A stretch of 64,000 nucleotides of DNA, taken from Octopus vulgaris. Lineage: Eukaryota. Under the pieces are notes generated by a model, which saw only the letters and a program-made list of their open reading frames with translations, had not been told where the DNA came from and did no database searches. The position numbers and the translations under genes were made by a program. Where the stretch lies: positions 110,546,001 through 110,610,000 of the forward strand of contig OX597820.1 in assembly GCA_951406725.2 (NCBI GenBank). The letters run 5' to 3'. Of this stretch, positions 1 through 15,339 are shown in pieces (positions within the stretch are counted from its first letter, which is position 1; each line of letters starts with the position of its first letter).

Positions 1-78
1 ATCGTTTTTTTTTATATTACTAAGATTCCAGATGTTTTTGATTTAGCTGTGTATGTTTGTATTTATGTATATGTATAT

Positions 79-356
<278 letters not shown>

Positions 357-357
<1 letters not shown>

Positions 358-1922
358 TCGCATTATGACCCATCGTTGCCGGGTCATAGTGCTAGTGCAT
401 GTATATATGTGTATATATATATGTGTACATATTACATGTACATCTATATATATATACATCTACACATAAAATACAAAATACAAAGTTATATCTTGATATC
501 GCTAGTGATAACAATACTCAAAATATATAACAGACTGGAATTGTAGGCCCGTCTCTTGCAATTTCGATCAATTGTATCTTGTCCTCCCTCTTGTATAGAA
601 GTGTGACTACAATCCAGCCTACCTCTACTTCTGGGGGAACATTTAAAATTTTTATCCGGGACGTCCTATGTCCCAGATATAAAGGTAAAAATAAAATATT
701 TCTACTTTGCAAGGTTCGAGTCGAGTACTCCCTTGCACGCTCTGTTGACTCGAACCTTGCTTCTATTGTGGCGAATTTACCGCCTCTAGTTAGATATATT
801 TCGTAGTCGCACCAAGACACTTTTCGATGGTGCTTTCCTCCAGGTCTTCAAATCTTTTTTTCTCTACATTGTATACTTTATAGACAGTAGTCTTTTCTTT
901 AATTTAATTTTTTATTTCGTTTGGTGGTGTTATCCTAGATTCACCATCTTTGTCGGTGATCAATCCATATTTCTTCCATTTTAATTTCAATGAGTTCGCG
1001 CCCACCGACGGCTGCAGCGAAATTCATTTTTGGACTTTCTTCTATTGGAGGCATTCTAACAAAAATGCTTCCGTGTAAATGGTGAAAATATCATCAATTT
1101 CCCCAAACAGAGACACAATTCAATTTTTAAACAATAACCAAAGCTCCTTCTCCCAAAGGGGGAGGGTTACAGTTTATAATTATTTAACAAATGCAACACA
1201 ACAATGTTTCCTTTACGAGGGACCAACAAACGTGATAACAATAGTTAAACAGTAATAATAATGACAAAAAAAACCTTACAATGAATCAGAAAGCAGTAAG
1301 CAGTTGAAGCTTTAGTCCTTTATGTATAAGAAATAAACCAACAGCAGTACTCTGTAGAACCGGCTGTTCGAGAAAACAGATATTACATACAGCTAAACTT
1401 CATATAGATACTTAATGCTAGTTAATTAGCAGATAATCTAATGTAAAAGCACAGCTCCATCTGGACTATTCCATTTCTGCACGCTAGTTTTATTTTTAAT
1501 TTATTCCCATTCATGTGAAACCACTTATTCAAGTTCAAGTCATTGATGCAATTTTATACCAATTGCTAGTTTTACTTTTGTTATGTTACGATTATATTAT
1601 ACTTTAGTTTGATTTTAATTATTACTTACAACATATAATTCAATTGTTATTATTATTTTTATTGTTAAAGTGAAAGTATCTGACATAAAATAGAGAAATG
1701 TTTTTGTTTCACTTTTAACACGTAATACTGAAATAGTGGAGAAGATATGATATCGCTATGGGCTCGCTCTAGGCAAGAAGTTGAACATTTTTTTGCCCAT
1801 GAAACTACATGGACCCTAAGTAAGGCATGTGTAAAATTTGAATGAAATTGGTTGTGTAGTTCTCAAGTTTTAGGGAAACACACAGACAGACACACACACA
1901 TTCTCAGTTTTATATATATAGA
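357..1922 (-). mobile_element. Non-autonomous Helitron-like element containing a LINE ORF1 fragment
   Basis: Minus-strand 5' end TCTATATATATAAAACTGAGAATGTGTGTG at ~1922; palindromic CTAG-type terminus at 357-396. Confidence 0.5.
516..1370 (-). pseudogene. 5' fragment of a Tx1/L1-type LINE ORF1
   Basis: YLTRGGKFATIEARF...FLPLYLG...KILNVPPE aligns by eye with ORF1 of the element at 25016-30608 (YVTRGKRFGTMEVRF...LVPTYLG...KIDIVPPE). Confidence 0.75.
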
Positions 1923-1929
1923 GATATAT

Positions 1930-3241
1930 ACTAGCAAACGCACCAATCCTTTGGATGGTTTAAGTTGCTTTCATGGTATTTTTTTCACCAAATAATTGAA
2001 CTACTGAGAAGGTTTATGTGTAGCATGGCAATCTGTTTCTGATTAACCTTGGAACAGAAAATCAAATTGAAGGCTGGTTATTGTGGAGATCATTGCACTT
2101 TGATTATCATAGAATATATAAGTTTGCAAGTGATGTAAAGTAGAGCTACTGAAGTGTTTTGGGAGTAGATTACGGATAACGACTACAAAATATAGTTGTT
2201 TTACATGAAAGCAAAATTTCTTGTCAGAAACAGCCACATAAATGGTGTGGTGTAAGGAAATTGAAGGAAGATGTTGAAACTTCCCCTCTGTGAGTTTATT
2301 TTTTCCAACAGCAAAGGGAGCTATTTTCAGAGAGAAAAGCTAACAAAAGCCCCTTTATTCTATCTTCCCACATAGCGTGCACATAAACTAACAGCGAATG
2401 CTGCATAAAGTTAAAGTGGTATGGAGCTTCCTGAAAAATACATACAGTTTTTGCTAGTGGAAGCAAAACTCTTATTTAAAGATTGATTCTTTGGGACGAA
2501 TCATATGTGAGTGTTTAAAAAATGCTTGAATGACAATGCTAAAACCTATTTGAAACAATGGACATCAGTCGAAATATCCTAATGGCTGGGTAAAGAAGCA
2601 TCCTTAAAGTGCAACAACGGTATTGAAGGTAAAAAAAAAGGTATCAACAATCAGAAGAGAGGGAAGGGAACAAACATCACCTTTCAAGTAACTCAGAATA
2701 GGTAAAGGTAAGCTTGCCAAAGTTTAATGCAGTTTCAATATCTAGACTAAGATAGTTTGGTATTGGATATTCATCACGTATAATTTTCCTAGTCAACTGA
2801 ATCATTGTCGTAAGTGGAGAGCAGAAATAAATAGATGAAATCCTTTCACTTTTATAAAAAGATTAAAAAGAAAATGAGGGCAAAAAGCACTTGTTTTTTC
2901 ACAACGAAAAATCGTTTCCTAGTAGCTGGAATTTCACGACAAAATGTATGTTTAATAAGCACAACACCCTGCAGTGCATGCCACTGGGCATTAAAAGCCA
3001 ATCACACAAATCTAGAGGGGCTCTGGCCCCTCTTGAATCGATAAAAAATCACACTTTTTGCCATAGCAACCACATCTTTATAGCTTGTGAATTTTAACCA
3101 TCAAGGGTCTCATCCTCACCACACATTTAGTATCTCTGCCAATTTTCAGCTTGATCCTAGCCTTGGTTTGGCCGCCATTAACTGTCAAAGCAAAATGTGC
3201 AGACAGTTTTCGTCCAAGAACTGTTTTATATATATATATAT
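1930..3241 (-). mobile_element. Non-autonomous Helitron-like element
   Basis: ACTAG plus a subterminal hairpin (acc-aatcc-ttt-ggat-ggt) at 1930-1960; TA-rich Helitron-like 5' end near 3240. Confidence 0.45.
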
Positions 3242-3671
3242 ATTCAAATAGTATTTTAATAATAAAGGGTAAAATCGTAAAATCAATAATAATTTTACCA
3301 GGTAGCCAGTGCGGAAACAGTAAGCAAAATTACTTTTTACTTTAAGTTCGAAATGCATTCATAGTTAATCAGTCTTATTGATTCATTATTTTTCTTTTGC
3401 TTGCCTACAATAAAGTGTGTTACTCTCAGAGATTTTAAGGTAGTAAAAAGACTTTACTGTCTATTTCTTACAGTGCATGGTGAGGTATAAAGCCAACCCC
3501 TTGTTATAATTGTGTATATAATTATAAAATATTTATATATATAGTTGAAATTTACAGAGACAAAAACAGGTGTATAAACAGTTGTATAAACAACAAGCAG
3601 GTGTATTAGTTTGATGCTTGGGAAGGTGAGAAAGATTTATACGTTTTGAGCCTACGCTCTTCAACATATAT

Positions 3672-5052
3672 ATCATCATCATCGTTTAGCATCCGCTTTC
3701 CATGCTAGCATGGGTTGGACAGTTCAACTGGGGTCTGGGAAGCCAGAAGGCTGCACCAGGCCCAGTCTGATCTGGCAATGTTTCTACGGCTGGATGCCCT
3801 TCCTAACACCAACCACTCCGTGAGTGTAGTGGGTGCTTTTTACGTGCCAGACGAGGCTGGCAATGGCCATGATTGGATGGTGCTTTTTACGTGCCACCAG
3901 CACGGAGGCCATTCGGGGCAGCACTGGCAACAGCCACGTTCGGATGGTTCTCTTATGTGCCACCAGCACTGGTATCACTGCTACAATTTCCATTGATGTT
4001 AATCGATTTCGATTTTGATTTTCACTTGCCTCAACAGGTCTTCACAAGTAGAGTTTTGTGTCCCAAGAAGGAAAGGTATGCATAAGTGGACTGGCTACAT
4101 CCCAGGTAGAGGCCACGGGTTATGGTCTCACTTGTCCTGCCGGGTCTTCTCATGCACAGCATACTTCCAATGGTCTCGGTCTCTAGTCATTTCCTCAGTG
4201 AGACATGAAGTTCGAAGGTCGTGCTTCACCACCTTGTCCCAGGTTTTCCTCTTCCACAGGTTCCCTCAACCGCTAGGGTGTGACACTTTTTCGCAAAACT
4301 ATTCTCATCCATTCTCGCCACATGACCATACCAGCGCAAATGTCTCTCTTGCACACCACAACTGATGCTTCTTAGGTCCAACTTTTCTCTCAAGGTACTT
4401 ACACTCTGTCGAGTATGAACACTGACATTACACATCCATTGGAGCATACTGGCTTCATTTCTTGCGAGCTTATGCATATCCTCAGCAGTCACAGCCCATG
4501 TTTCACTGCCATGTAGCATGGCTGTTCATACACATGCGTCATACAGTCTGCCTTTTACTCTGTGCGAGAGGCCTTTTGTCACCAGCAGAGGTAATAGCTC
4601 TCCGAACTTTGCCCAAGCTATTCTTACTCTAGCAGTTACACTTTCAACACACCTGCCCCCGCAACTAACTTGGTCACCTAGATAATGGAAGCTATCAACT
4701 ATTTCTAGTTTTTCTCCTTGGAATGTGGCGGAAGTTGGTCTCTGTGCATTTTCAGTGTTTATTGCTCCCGAGCATCTGCCACATACAAAACTATCTTCCT
4801 AGTTAACCTTCCTTTGACGTTGCTGCACCTCTTATGTGTCCATAGCTTACACTTGGTGCATCTTATAGAGTTTCTACCTACGCCTTTTCTACAGATAGAG
4901 CAGGGCCATCTACTTGAAGGCGTTTGTGATTTGTCTACCTTCCTACTTATTAGGACTTTGATTTTAGCTAGGTTGATTCTAAGGCCCTTCGATTCTAATC
5001 CTTGCTTCCACACCTGAAACTTGTCCTCCAGTTCTGATAGTGACTCAGCAAT
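3672..5052 (-). mobile_element. 5'-truncated RTE-clade LINE (end of RT, C-terminus, 3'UTR, (GAT)n tail)
   Basis: MLHGSETWA..., [15 protein letters not shown]; closely similar to 49050-50456 in inverted orientation. Confidence 0.9.
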
Positions 5053-5075
5053 TATATATATATATATATATATAT

Positions 5076-5293
5076 GTAGTTGTGATACCTGTGCCAGTGA
5101 CACGTAAAAAGCACCCACTACACTCATGGAGTGGTTGGCATTAGGAAGGGCATCCAGCTGTAGAAACACTGCCAGATCAGACTGGAGCCTGGTGCAGCCT
5201 CCTGGCTTTCCAGACCCCGGTCGAACCGTCCAACCTGTGCTAGCACGGAAAACGGATGTTAAACAACGACGATGATGATGATGATGATGATGA
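5076..5293 (+). mobile_element. Short retroposon sharing the RTE 3' end
   Basis: ggttggcattaggaagggcatccagctgtagaaac...aaacggatgttaaac followed by a (GAT)n tail; same as the 3' end of the RTE copies. Confidence 0.8.
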
Positions 5294-5368
5294 TCTACAT
5301 ATATACAAATACAGCTATACACAGCTAAGTCAAAAACATCTGGAATCTTAATAAAAAAATGACCACAT

Positions 5369-6655
<1,287 letters not shown>

Positions 6656-6706
6656 CTGTTTCAACACACGACTTCACATAAAAATTCTTGCACAACAAAT
6701 ATTTAA

Positions 6707-6753
<47 letters not shown>

Positions 6754-7759
6754 ACGTTAAGTTTTGTACCAAGAGCAGTGGCCTTTGACCGCCAAAGGCA
6801 ATAAAAACTGGAGATAAAATTCTTTCTGTATCCAAAACAAGGCATGCGTGCGTGCACACACACACACACACACGTACACACACAGACAAGTCTCTGTGTG
6901 TGTGTATGCATGTATGTGTATCTATCTATGTATATATAAAGGGATACAGATATTGTTTGCTCACTGTCACTAAGCATCTCAGTTCATTCGTTTGAACTAA
7001 TTTGTGATCAAGATATTTTATTTTGCAAGGTACTATTTTTCCTTTTCATTTATGATTTCAGAGAAAGGTAGGAAATTCTTCATATTTTGTATCTTTGGTA
7101 CTTTGACTTTACAGTTTGAATTGCAGATTCTATATTTTTAATTCTATATTTCACTGTCAGCTGTTGCAATATTTCAATTGGATAAATCGAAATATTGCAA
7201 CATCTAACAGTGAAATATGGAATTATAAAAAACGCTTTTTCAACTGAGATTCAAATCCTTGAGAACATTCACATCTATTTTTCAAAAATTAATAATTTGA
7301 AAGTTCGCGTTTGTTTTGGACTGAAAATTTTTTTTGGATTTCATTTGTGCGAGTATTCTTTAGAGATTTTTTCTAAGATTCTAACCTAACTTGATTTGAA
7401 ATGGACATTCATGGATATTTTAAACATGGGAAAATCAACTCCCCCCCACCCCTCAGGAATTCCCTTCCCCCACATCATTAAATGATTCACCACATCCTCG
7501 TCAAAGTGGAGAAATCTCAACTTGAATGGGCAGCAGATTGTAGACTTCTTCCTGTGTGTGTTTGTGTTGGGGTTCTCCCCTAACACCTCTTGACAACAGC
7601 TGTTAGTTTGTTTACATCCCTGTGAATTACTGTTTCAGCAAAAGAGACCCATAGAATAAGTACCATGCATTACACAAAAATAAGTCCTGGGGCTGCAGTC
7701 TAGTGACTGAAACAGGCAAAAGAATAAAAGTATATATCTATATATATATATATATATAT

Positions 7760-9173
7760 TAAGTGCATGATTAATTTATTGAATGAAGTTCTACAAATCC
7801 AATCATATTTGTCAAAAATGGAGGAGATAAAATGTTAAAAATTTGTAAGAAGTTTATTCATGCACACAATCGTTTCATTACATAAATATAAATTCAGTTT
7901 AGAATTTGCAAATATCAAAGTACTCATCAGTGCAGAAAAAATAATAGGAACTTAAAAAAAGAGCAGAGAAGTTGGATCTATGAGTTTCATGTTTAGCTGT
8001 TCTTATCCATGTTTAACTGTTCTTATCCATGTGTGATAGTGATGAGAGCCCCAAGAAAAACAACGGCGCAGTTGGACTGTCGAATCCACCGACTTTTGGA
8101 AGGCAACCGAATGCTGACAGCTGTTGACATTTGTAAACAATTGTCCAACGAGAATGGTGTTATTTTTACACTACAAACCGTCCGCAACCGTTTGAGAGAA
8201 TTTGGACTACATGGACGAATCGCTAGGAAAAAGCCAATAATATCCAAAAGAAATTGAATCAAACGCCTTAATTTTGCAAAAAGCCATGCGCAATGGACTG
8301 CCACACATTGTTGCAGGGTCCTTTAGAGTGACAAGTTACGCTTCTGTATATTTGGATCAGATGGTAAAACATACGTCAGACATCGCCCAACTGAGGAATT
8401 CCATCCAAAATGCATGAAAAAGACGGCGCAAGTGGGGAATGGGGGTGTGATGGTGTGGGTGGCATTCAGTAGCTTTGGTGTTGGCCCTCTAGTTAAAGTT
8501 GATGGAAAGCTAAATAGTGTAGATTATATGAATCTAATAAAGGATAATGTTGTGCCATATTTGACTCACCAAATGCCTCCGGGGGGGGGGGGGGGGCTAT
8601 TTATCAGCAGGACAATAGTCCTGTGCACAAATCCAAAAAGGTTATGGAATTTTTTGATCACCATAATATTGACATAATTGAACAGCCTCCCCAGAGCCCA
8701 GACCTGAATCCGATCGAGAACCTGTAGAATTATGTTTCCAAAAGTCCATGCTAAAAAACCATCTAATCTAAAACAATTATTCAATTATATCAATGAAATA
8801 TGGCAAAACATTCTCATAGATTTTGAAATCACTTAGCAAATTCAATGCCAAGGCATTGTTCAGCCATTATTAAGAATAAAGGCTACGACACAAAGTACTA
8901 ATATGTATTTCGTTCTTGTTGCTCATTTTTGCTACAATCTTAAGCTTTAAATAAAATTAAACTAACTTTGCCGGTAAATTTTAAACATTTATATTAATTT
9001 AGCATTAGAATTCTTCAAGTTGTGTAAAAATAGCTATTGTCTGCATCACTCAAAAGAGAATAAAATTCTGCATAAGGTATAAAAAATAAAAATGATTTGT
9101 ATGGTGTTAGTAACAAAATATTTTGTAAGAAATAGAACTTTTATCATCGGTTTTAAATTTATTTTCACCAGTG

Positions 9174-9175
<2 letters not shown>
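7760..9175 (+). mobile_element. Degenerate Tc1 transposon
   Basis: TVRNRLREFGLHGRIARKKP, GGVMVW, QQDN and PPQSPDLNPIENL across frames; ends in CAGTG-TA at 9169-9175. Confidence 0.85.
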
Positions 9176-9244
<69 letters not shown>

Positions 9245-9459
9245 GCATAATAATAAGATTAGGGAGTATATCCAAACTTACAGGGAAGAATTAGATTTAG
9301 GATTAAATCAAATTTCATAGTATAAATAAATTAGAGATAAAACCACTATTAGGCAACTCAAACAGTGATAGACATAAACCCAAACATAAAAAACAAAAAA
9401 TAAATATAATTAATATAATATATAATATATTATATAAAATATAGAATTTAAAATTTAAA

Positions 9460-10530
9460 TTTGGTTGTGGATTTCAACTCCTTACTTGTTTTTCTAAAAT
9501 GCACCATAAATGTTCAATAGTATTGAGATCTGGGGACTGTGGGGGCCAGATAAGATGTTCAACTTCACTAGAATGTTCCTTGTGCCATTCAGTAACAATT
9601 TTAGCTGTGTGAATTGGTGCATTATCATCCTGAAAAACTGAGTTTCACTCCAGAAACAATTCTGCAACCATAGGATGAATTTGATCAGATAAAATGCTTA
9701 AATAGTTCTGCTATGAAGGGAAACCATTGGGCTGGCAGATTTCCGAGATATACCCCCCCGCCCCAGTTCATCACCGATCCTCCATATTTAACAGTTGGAA
9801 GAAGGCAGCCTGGGTCAAATATTTCTTATGGTTGTCTCTACACATATACTTGGCCAGAGGTCAAAAATAAGGTAAAGGATGATTCATCCAAGTAAATAGC
9901 ATTCTTCCACTGCTCTAGGGACCAATTCTGTGGCTTTTACTCCACTCTAAATGCTTTGCAATGTTTGTTTTTGAAAGTAGTGGTTTTCTGACTGCAGCCC
10001 TCTCATGAAATCTGGCTTTGTGCAGCTTCCAGCAAACAGTTTTTGTGGAAACTGGGTTCTCAAGGTGGTCATTAAGCTCTTCAGTAATTTTGGGAGCTGT
10101 ACTTTTGTGATTCATTCTAACAATTCGCATAAGAGTCTGACGTCCCTATCTGAAAATTTTGGTCTTCTTCCGGAGTTTTCTTTTGATGAGGAGGTTTTTT
10201 TCCTTCTTTCTCAAAGGCTGTCATTACTTTCGAGACAGTACTTCTTGATACACCTAACATTTTGGCAGTTTTCATTACGTTTGTGCCTGCCATATGAGCA
10301 CCAACAATTTGACCTCTTTGAAAGTTCAATAGATCTGTCATCTTAATGAATTTTAATTACCTTTTTCTGATGCTATCTGAAAAGAAACAGCAATTTTAGC
10401 AAAACATATTAAGCAACATTAATAATAAATCAAAAAACATAAAAATAAACAAGCTTTTGACGGTTTTATAGATATTTCAAAATTATGATGATAATGCAAA
10501 GTGTTTCCATTATTTTGTCCAGCCCATGTA
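9460..10530 (-). mobile_element. Degenerate Tc1 transposon, 3'-truncated
   Basis: N-terminal HTH (FQRGQIVG...AKMLGVSRSTVSKV), FQDDNAPIH and WPPQSPDLN; terminus next to TA at ~10530. Confidence 0.85.
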
Positions 10531-11709
10531 TATACACACACATTATATATATATACACACACACACACACATACATACTCATTTATATTGATATATATAT
10601 ATATATATTAGCAAAGTATATATGAGGCACTTTGAAGTATCAAATTAGTCCACGAGCATCTTGAAGAAATTCAAAACATGTTTTACAACAGTACCACGTG
10701 GTAAAGTTGGGATATGTTCTGTTTGAATACAGATTTCTAATTCTTCTAATTTTGTTCCATTGTTCTCAAATTTGATGTACCAATATAGTTTTGTGTGCTA
10801 ATTATGGAAATGAAATTCTTTTTTGTTATAAATTAATACATAAAAAAGTTGCAAATTTTGGGTAATTTTAACCAATCAACAAGCTGAAAAATATAACTGC
10901 TAGTTGCCATAGTAACAAACAGCAACAATTTTTACCTCCTGTGTTTTGGGTATGGGACCATGTGATAGTGGTGATGGTTGTATGAGTCTCATCAAATGCA
11001 TACAACATAACACACACAAACGTCATAAACATGCACATATACTCACTCTCATACATACCAGGTACACACACACTCATACACAGATACACACATCACATAT
11101 ATACATCATGCGCACACATAGTGACACATAGATACATACATGAAAACACTTTAACACACATCACATGTACATATAATGACATGTAGATATATACATGGAC
11201 GCACTCTCACATACAAATGAAGGTACACACATATCATACACGTGCTTTTGTTGCCTATGTTTTTTAATATTTGATATTTTCCTGCCTTGTGTATAAATTT
11301 TACCTCTTTGTAATGTTTTCCTTTAATTTTGCAATTGTTTACATGCCTCATTAAAATTCATTTAATCTTTATCGATTCATACTATTCCCCCTCCCTCAAT
11401 TTTCATTCTTAGTAGAAATTGCTATTTTGCCAGATCTTGTTTTCTGATTTGCTAATAATTAAACCTCTGTAACATTTTTCTAAAACTTTAAACCTCTGTA
11501 ACATTTTTCTAAAATTTTTCTGGAAAAAGTGAAAAATTACATTAGTATACTAAATTTGAAAAGTTTTACTTAATTTGAAAAGTTAAAAAAATCTGTTTTT
11601 CAAACAGAATAGATCCCAATCAGGAGGAAGCTAATTCTTTACATGTGCCAAGCCAATCTGATATGTAAAATTGAGGATTTTCTGTGTATTATTTTTTCAG
11701 ATCAAAACT

Positions 11710-13508
11710 ATGGCTTCATCAACCTTGTATAAAAAAAAAAGTGTAGGCAGTACAGTGTTGACTACCTCAAGTATGGGTTTATTGCAGCTCCACACAACCA
11801 ACAGCAACCACTTTGTCTACTCTGTAAAAAGACTTTTACAAATGAAGCGATGACACCATCAAGGCTTCAAGAACACTTGAATAAAATGCATCCTGATAGA
11901 GCACAAAAAAGTTTGAATTATTTTCAATCCCTTAAAAATAATTTCCACATGAGAAAAACAATAGAAGTTTTTTCCCCAGTTCATCCAGTCAGTCTAATGA
12001 TGGTTTATACGCTTCTTATAACATATCACTTCTAATTGCAAAGTCCAGTAAACCTCACACTATAGGGGAACAGCTAATCCTGCCAGCTGTAAAAGAAGTC
12101 CTGAAGTTGTGCTACACAAGGCACCAGAGCCAATTATCAAAGGTATTCCTCTGAGTGATAGCTCTGTCCAGAGAAGGGTTGATGAAATGGCAGATGTCAA
12201 AGACCAACTCTGCACAATTCTGAAGAAGACAGAATTCAGCTTGCAGTTGGACGAGTCTACTCTGCTAAGTAATGATTCCCTCCTCCCATATGTTCGTTTT
12301 GTGAAAAAGGAAAATGTATGCCAAGAACTGCTCTTTGCCGGACTATTGGAAACTAATACCAAGTGTGAATCCATTTTCAATATGGTCAAGAGCTTTATTG
12401 ATAAAAAGGACATCCCACTGAATAATATTGTAGCCTGTACAACTGATAGTGCACCATCTATGACTGGCTGTCATCATGGCTTCATCAGTTATCTTAAAGT
12501 CAGTCTACTTGATGTCTTCATGATGCACTGCATGATTCACCAACAACATCTTGTTGCACGAAACCTCAGTGATCATCTTCATGATTCCCTAAACACAGTC
12601 ATCACTACCCTCATCACTATCAGCATCAATACCATGAATAAAATAAAATCTCATGCTCTGAACTCTCGCTTGTTTCAACAACTTACTTTAAAAACAATGA
12701 AGACTTTCAAAACTTGCTGCTCCATACTGAGGTGAGGTGGTTATCATGGGGAAATTGTCTGAATCGCTTTAATACTTTGAATGAACGGAGTTCATTGATA
12801 TCATTGTCCCAGAACATAGTTTGAGGCTTAAATGTATAAAGAAAGATATTGCATACTTGTCTGACTTATTCACTAAATTCAATGAAGTGAATAAGTAGCT
12901 GCAAGGAGATGGTGTTAATCTCATCCAAGTTTAGTCAACCATCTCAACATTTCAAGTGAAACTTGTTATGTATAAGCACAATATTGGACGCAGGGAGTTT
13001 TTCCAGTTTCCTTGCTTGTCTGGTTTTGAAAAGGACAGAAAACTTGCAGACAAGGATCTGCTTGTCCTTTGCTCCTCCTGCCCCACTGCACAAAGATATG
13101 GAGCATCGATTTCATGATCTGTTTGCTTTTCAAGTTCCTGACTGGATTGTCAACCCCTTCATTGACATCAGTGAAGAAGTGAGTGGAGAGTTAAAAAAGG
13201 AGCTGATAACTCTTCAAAATGATATTGAACTGATGCCTAAATTCTGCAAGTGCTATCAAGAATTTTGGCTTCAAAAGGCTATCCACAACTGCTATCTGGA
13301 GCTTTGGAAGAAAGTCAAATTGTTTTTCATTGCCTTTCCAACATCTTGTTTGGTTGAGAGAGGATTTAGTGCAGTCATTTGCCTTCTTACGAAGCAGCAG
13401 TGTAAACTCCAAATTATGGAGCATGGTGATCTCAGGTTTATTCTTAACACAATTCAACCTGAAGTTAAGAGGCTACTTTCACTTCACCAAGTTCATCCTT
13501 CTCATTGA
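11710..13508 (+). pseudogene. hAT (Buster/Charlie, ZBED5/SCAND3-like) transposase pseudogene
   Basis: BED finger (PLCLLC...PSRLQEHLNKMH), FSLQLDEST, TDSAPSMTG, HCMIHQQHL and FPTSCLVERGFS; multiple frameshifts. Confidence 0.9.
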
Positions 13509-14580
13509 ACCCCTCCCTAAAAACCCACCTGGATGGGCTGTTTTAGTGGTATACTATTATGGCTTTAGTCTTTCATCTCTTTTCTTTTGATATAAACACT
13601 GCAGCAACATACACTTTTTTAATGTACGAACTTTGTGATATTTATATGGACAAATTCTTGTTATTGGTGTGAAATTCCTTTCACACAGGACTTATAACAT
13701 TACCTTTTTTATACATTCCTTTGTTGCATGTATTTCTTTTCTTTCGTGGGAGACTCTTGTACCATTGATACTGCTTCACTACTAGTAATCAAGGCCTGCA
13801 CTAGCAACCACTTATTGACCACTGTATTTTGTGATTTCTATTTCATGTAAAGTTGTGCATAGGTTTTCAGAGGTCATAAATTACACACTAACTCTACAGA
13901 AATTACCTTTAAGGGAAACATACTACTGTTCTCAGTATGTTTGCATATTTTGTTCTTTATTTTTCAATATTGCTTCCCTTTTTTCCTAACACCTTATTGG
14001 CTTGCCATGGGATAATATGGTGATGTATCAAAGCGAGTTAACTACTTTTCTTCACATACTGTTTGTGTTTACGAAGTGGAAAGCTCTGTTTACCAAAACA
14101 CTACTGCTGTGCATGAGTGGAGCACCTTGCTGAATGTTGTCACTAAAAGTTCTTTTGCAAAACAGATAGGCAACAAGATTTGTTTCTACTGTACCTTGAA
14201 GAGAGAACTGTGACTAAAGTATGAGTAATGTTGAACCATCAGAAGATCTTGGAAACTTTTGTCCAACAGCTGAATGCTTTTGAGCACCTTTCTCTCTCAC
14301 ATTCCTGAAGAAAAAGATTATTTCTTCTCTATGAAAATTCAATTAATTCACTGTAAGTTTTGTATTATGATATTTCAACACAGATCATCATATATTCTCT
14401 GCTTACACCAAAATGCCTTTCTTTGACACACTTAGCCAAATCTGCTACTCTTACAATGTTTGTTATTTGTATATATAATTTATGACAAATAAAATTATTA
14501 TTCTGTTGTGTCTGGGGAGAGTCATTTTCTTTTTGTGCCTTACTGGTAAAATTTCTACTTTTTTCTTATTTTTATTTTCC

Positions 14581-14613
14581 TAAAATTTTCATTGTGTCTT
14601 GCAACCTTTTCAA
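14581..14613 (-). ncRNA. Hammerhead-like motif with a U3-A8 core variant
   Basis: UUGAAAA-G-GUUG(CAAGACA)CAAU-GAAAAUUUUA; palindromic stem III. Confidence 0.45.
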
Positions 14614-14954
14614 TAGTTTTGACTCAACACACGAACTCATATAAAGAATCTTGCAAACCAAATCCAAAAACGAAATAAAATTATTATGTTGTTGTTCAAG
14701 CGAGTCGATGATTTAATTTCACACCTAACATAGACACTTTGTTAAGTTCAAAGCCGTCTCCTTCTGATATAACTAAAACCTTTAAAAAACATGCATGCCA
14801 CTACATAGCTGACTTCTCTAATACGCGTTGTAAATTTGTGCATTATTTTATTGAGTATGAATATGTAATGAAGGTTTCTTTTTTGGCATGAACCCAAAGA
14901 ATTTGTACAGTCATGCAAAGTGCTGCCGGAAAGCTGCATACATTTCCTACTCTG

Positions 14955-15330
14955 TCAAGGACCTGGTTGTATTGTTGCTACATGCACCTCTGCTGCTTTA
15001 GTTCTTACATGTTTTAATGAATGGGCCTTAGCTTTGACAATGCAGCCTTCATGTTTTACCTCAAAAATGGTTAAGGGTCACTCTCACTTTTGATATGTCC
15101 TTTGCTTTGGTTTCACTAATCACCTCTTCTAAGTTAACTAGTTCTCCCTCTAATCTATTTCTTTCTGTTGATAGTTCTTTGCTAAACACTATTGCTTCTG
15201 CTCTAATCATTCTCTTCAGGATGCCCCACCACTGGTTGTTGACTGTTCCCATTACCTGCCACTTAATTTAGTCCTGGTAATCTTTCCATGCCAGTAAAGA
15301 TGCATTCAGTTTCCAGAAACTGGGTCCTCT
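14955..15330 (-). pseudogene. Tx1/L1-type ORF2 fragment
   Basis: VNNQWWGILKRMIRAEAIVFSK resembles INNNWWFALKRAIRVESIRFSK in the 25-30 kb element. Confidence 0.65.
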
Positions 15331-15339
15331 CTAAATCAA

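Noticed and set aside
8581-8596. G16 run inside the Tc1 transposase
   Set aside because: Homopolymer expansion or sequencing artefact in a dead element; no evidence of function.
11710-13508. Possible domesticated ZBED/SCAND3-like gene
   Set aside because: Multiple frameshifts and stops; it is a decayed transposase.
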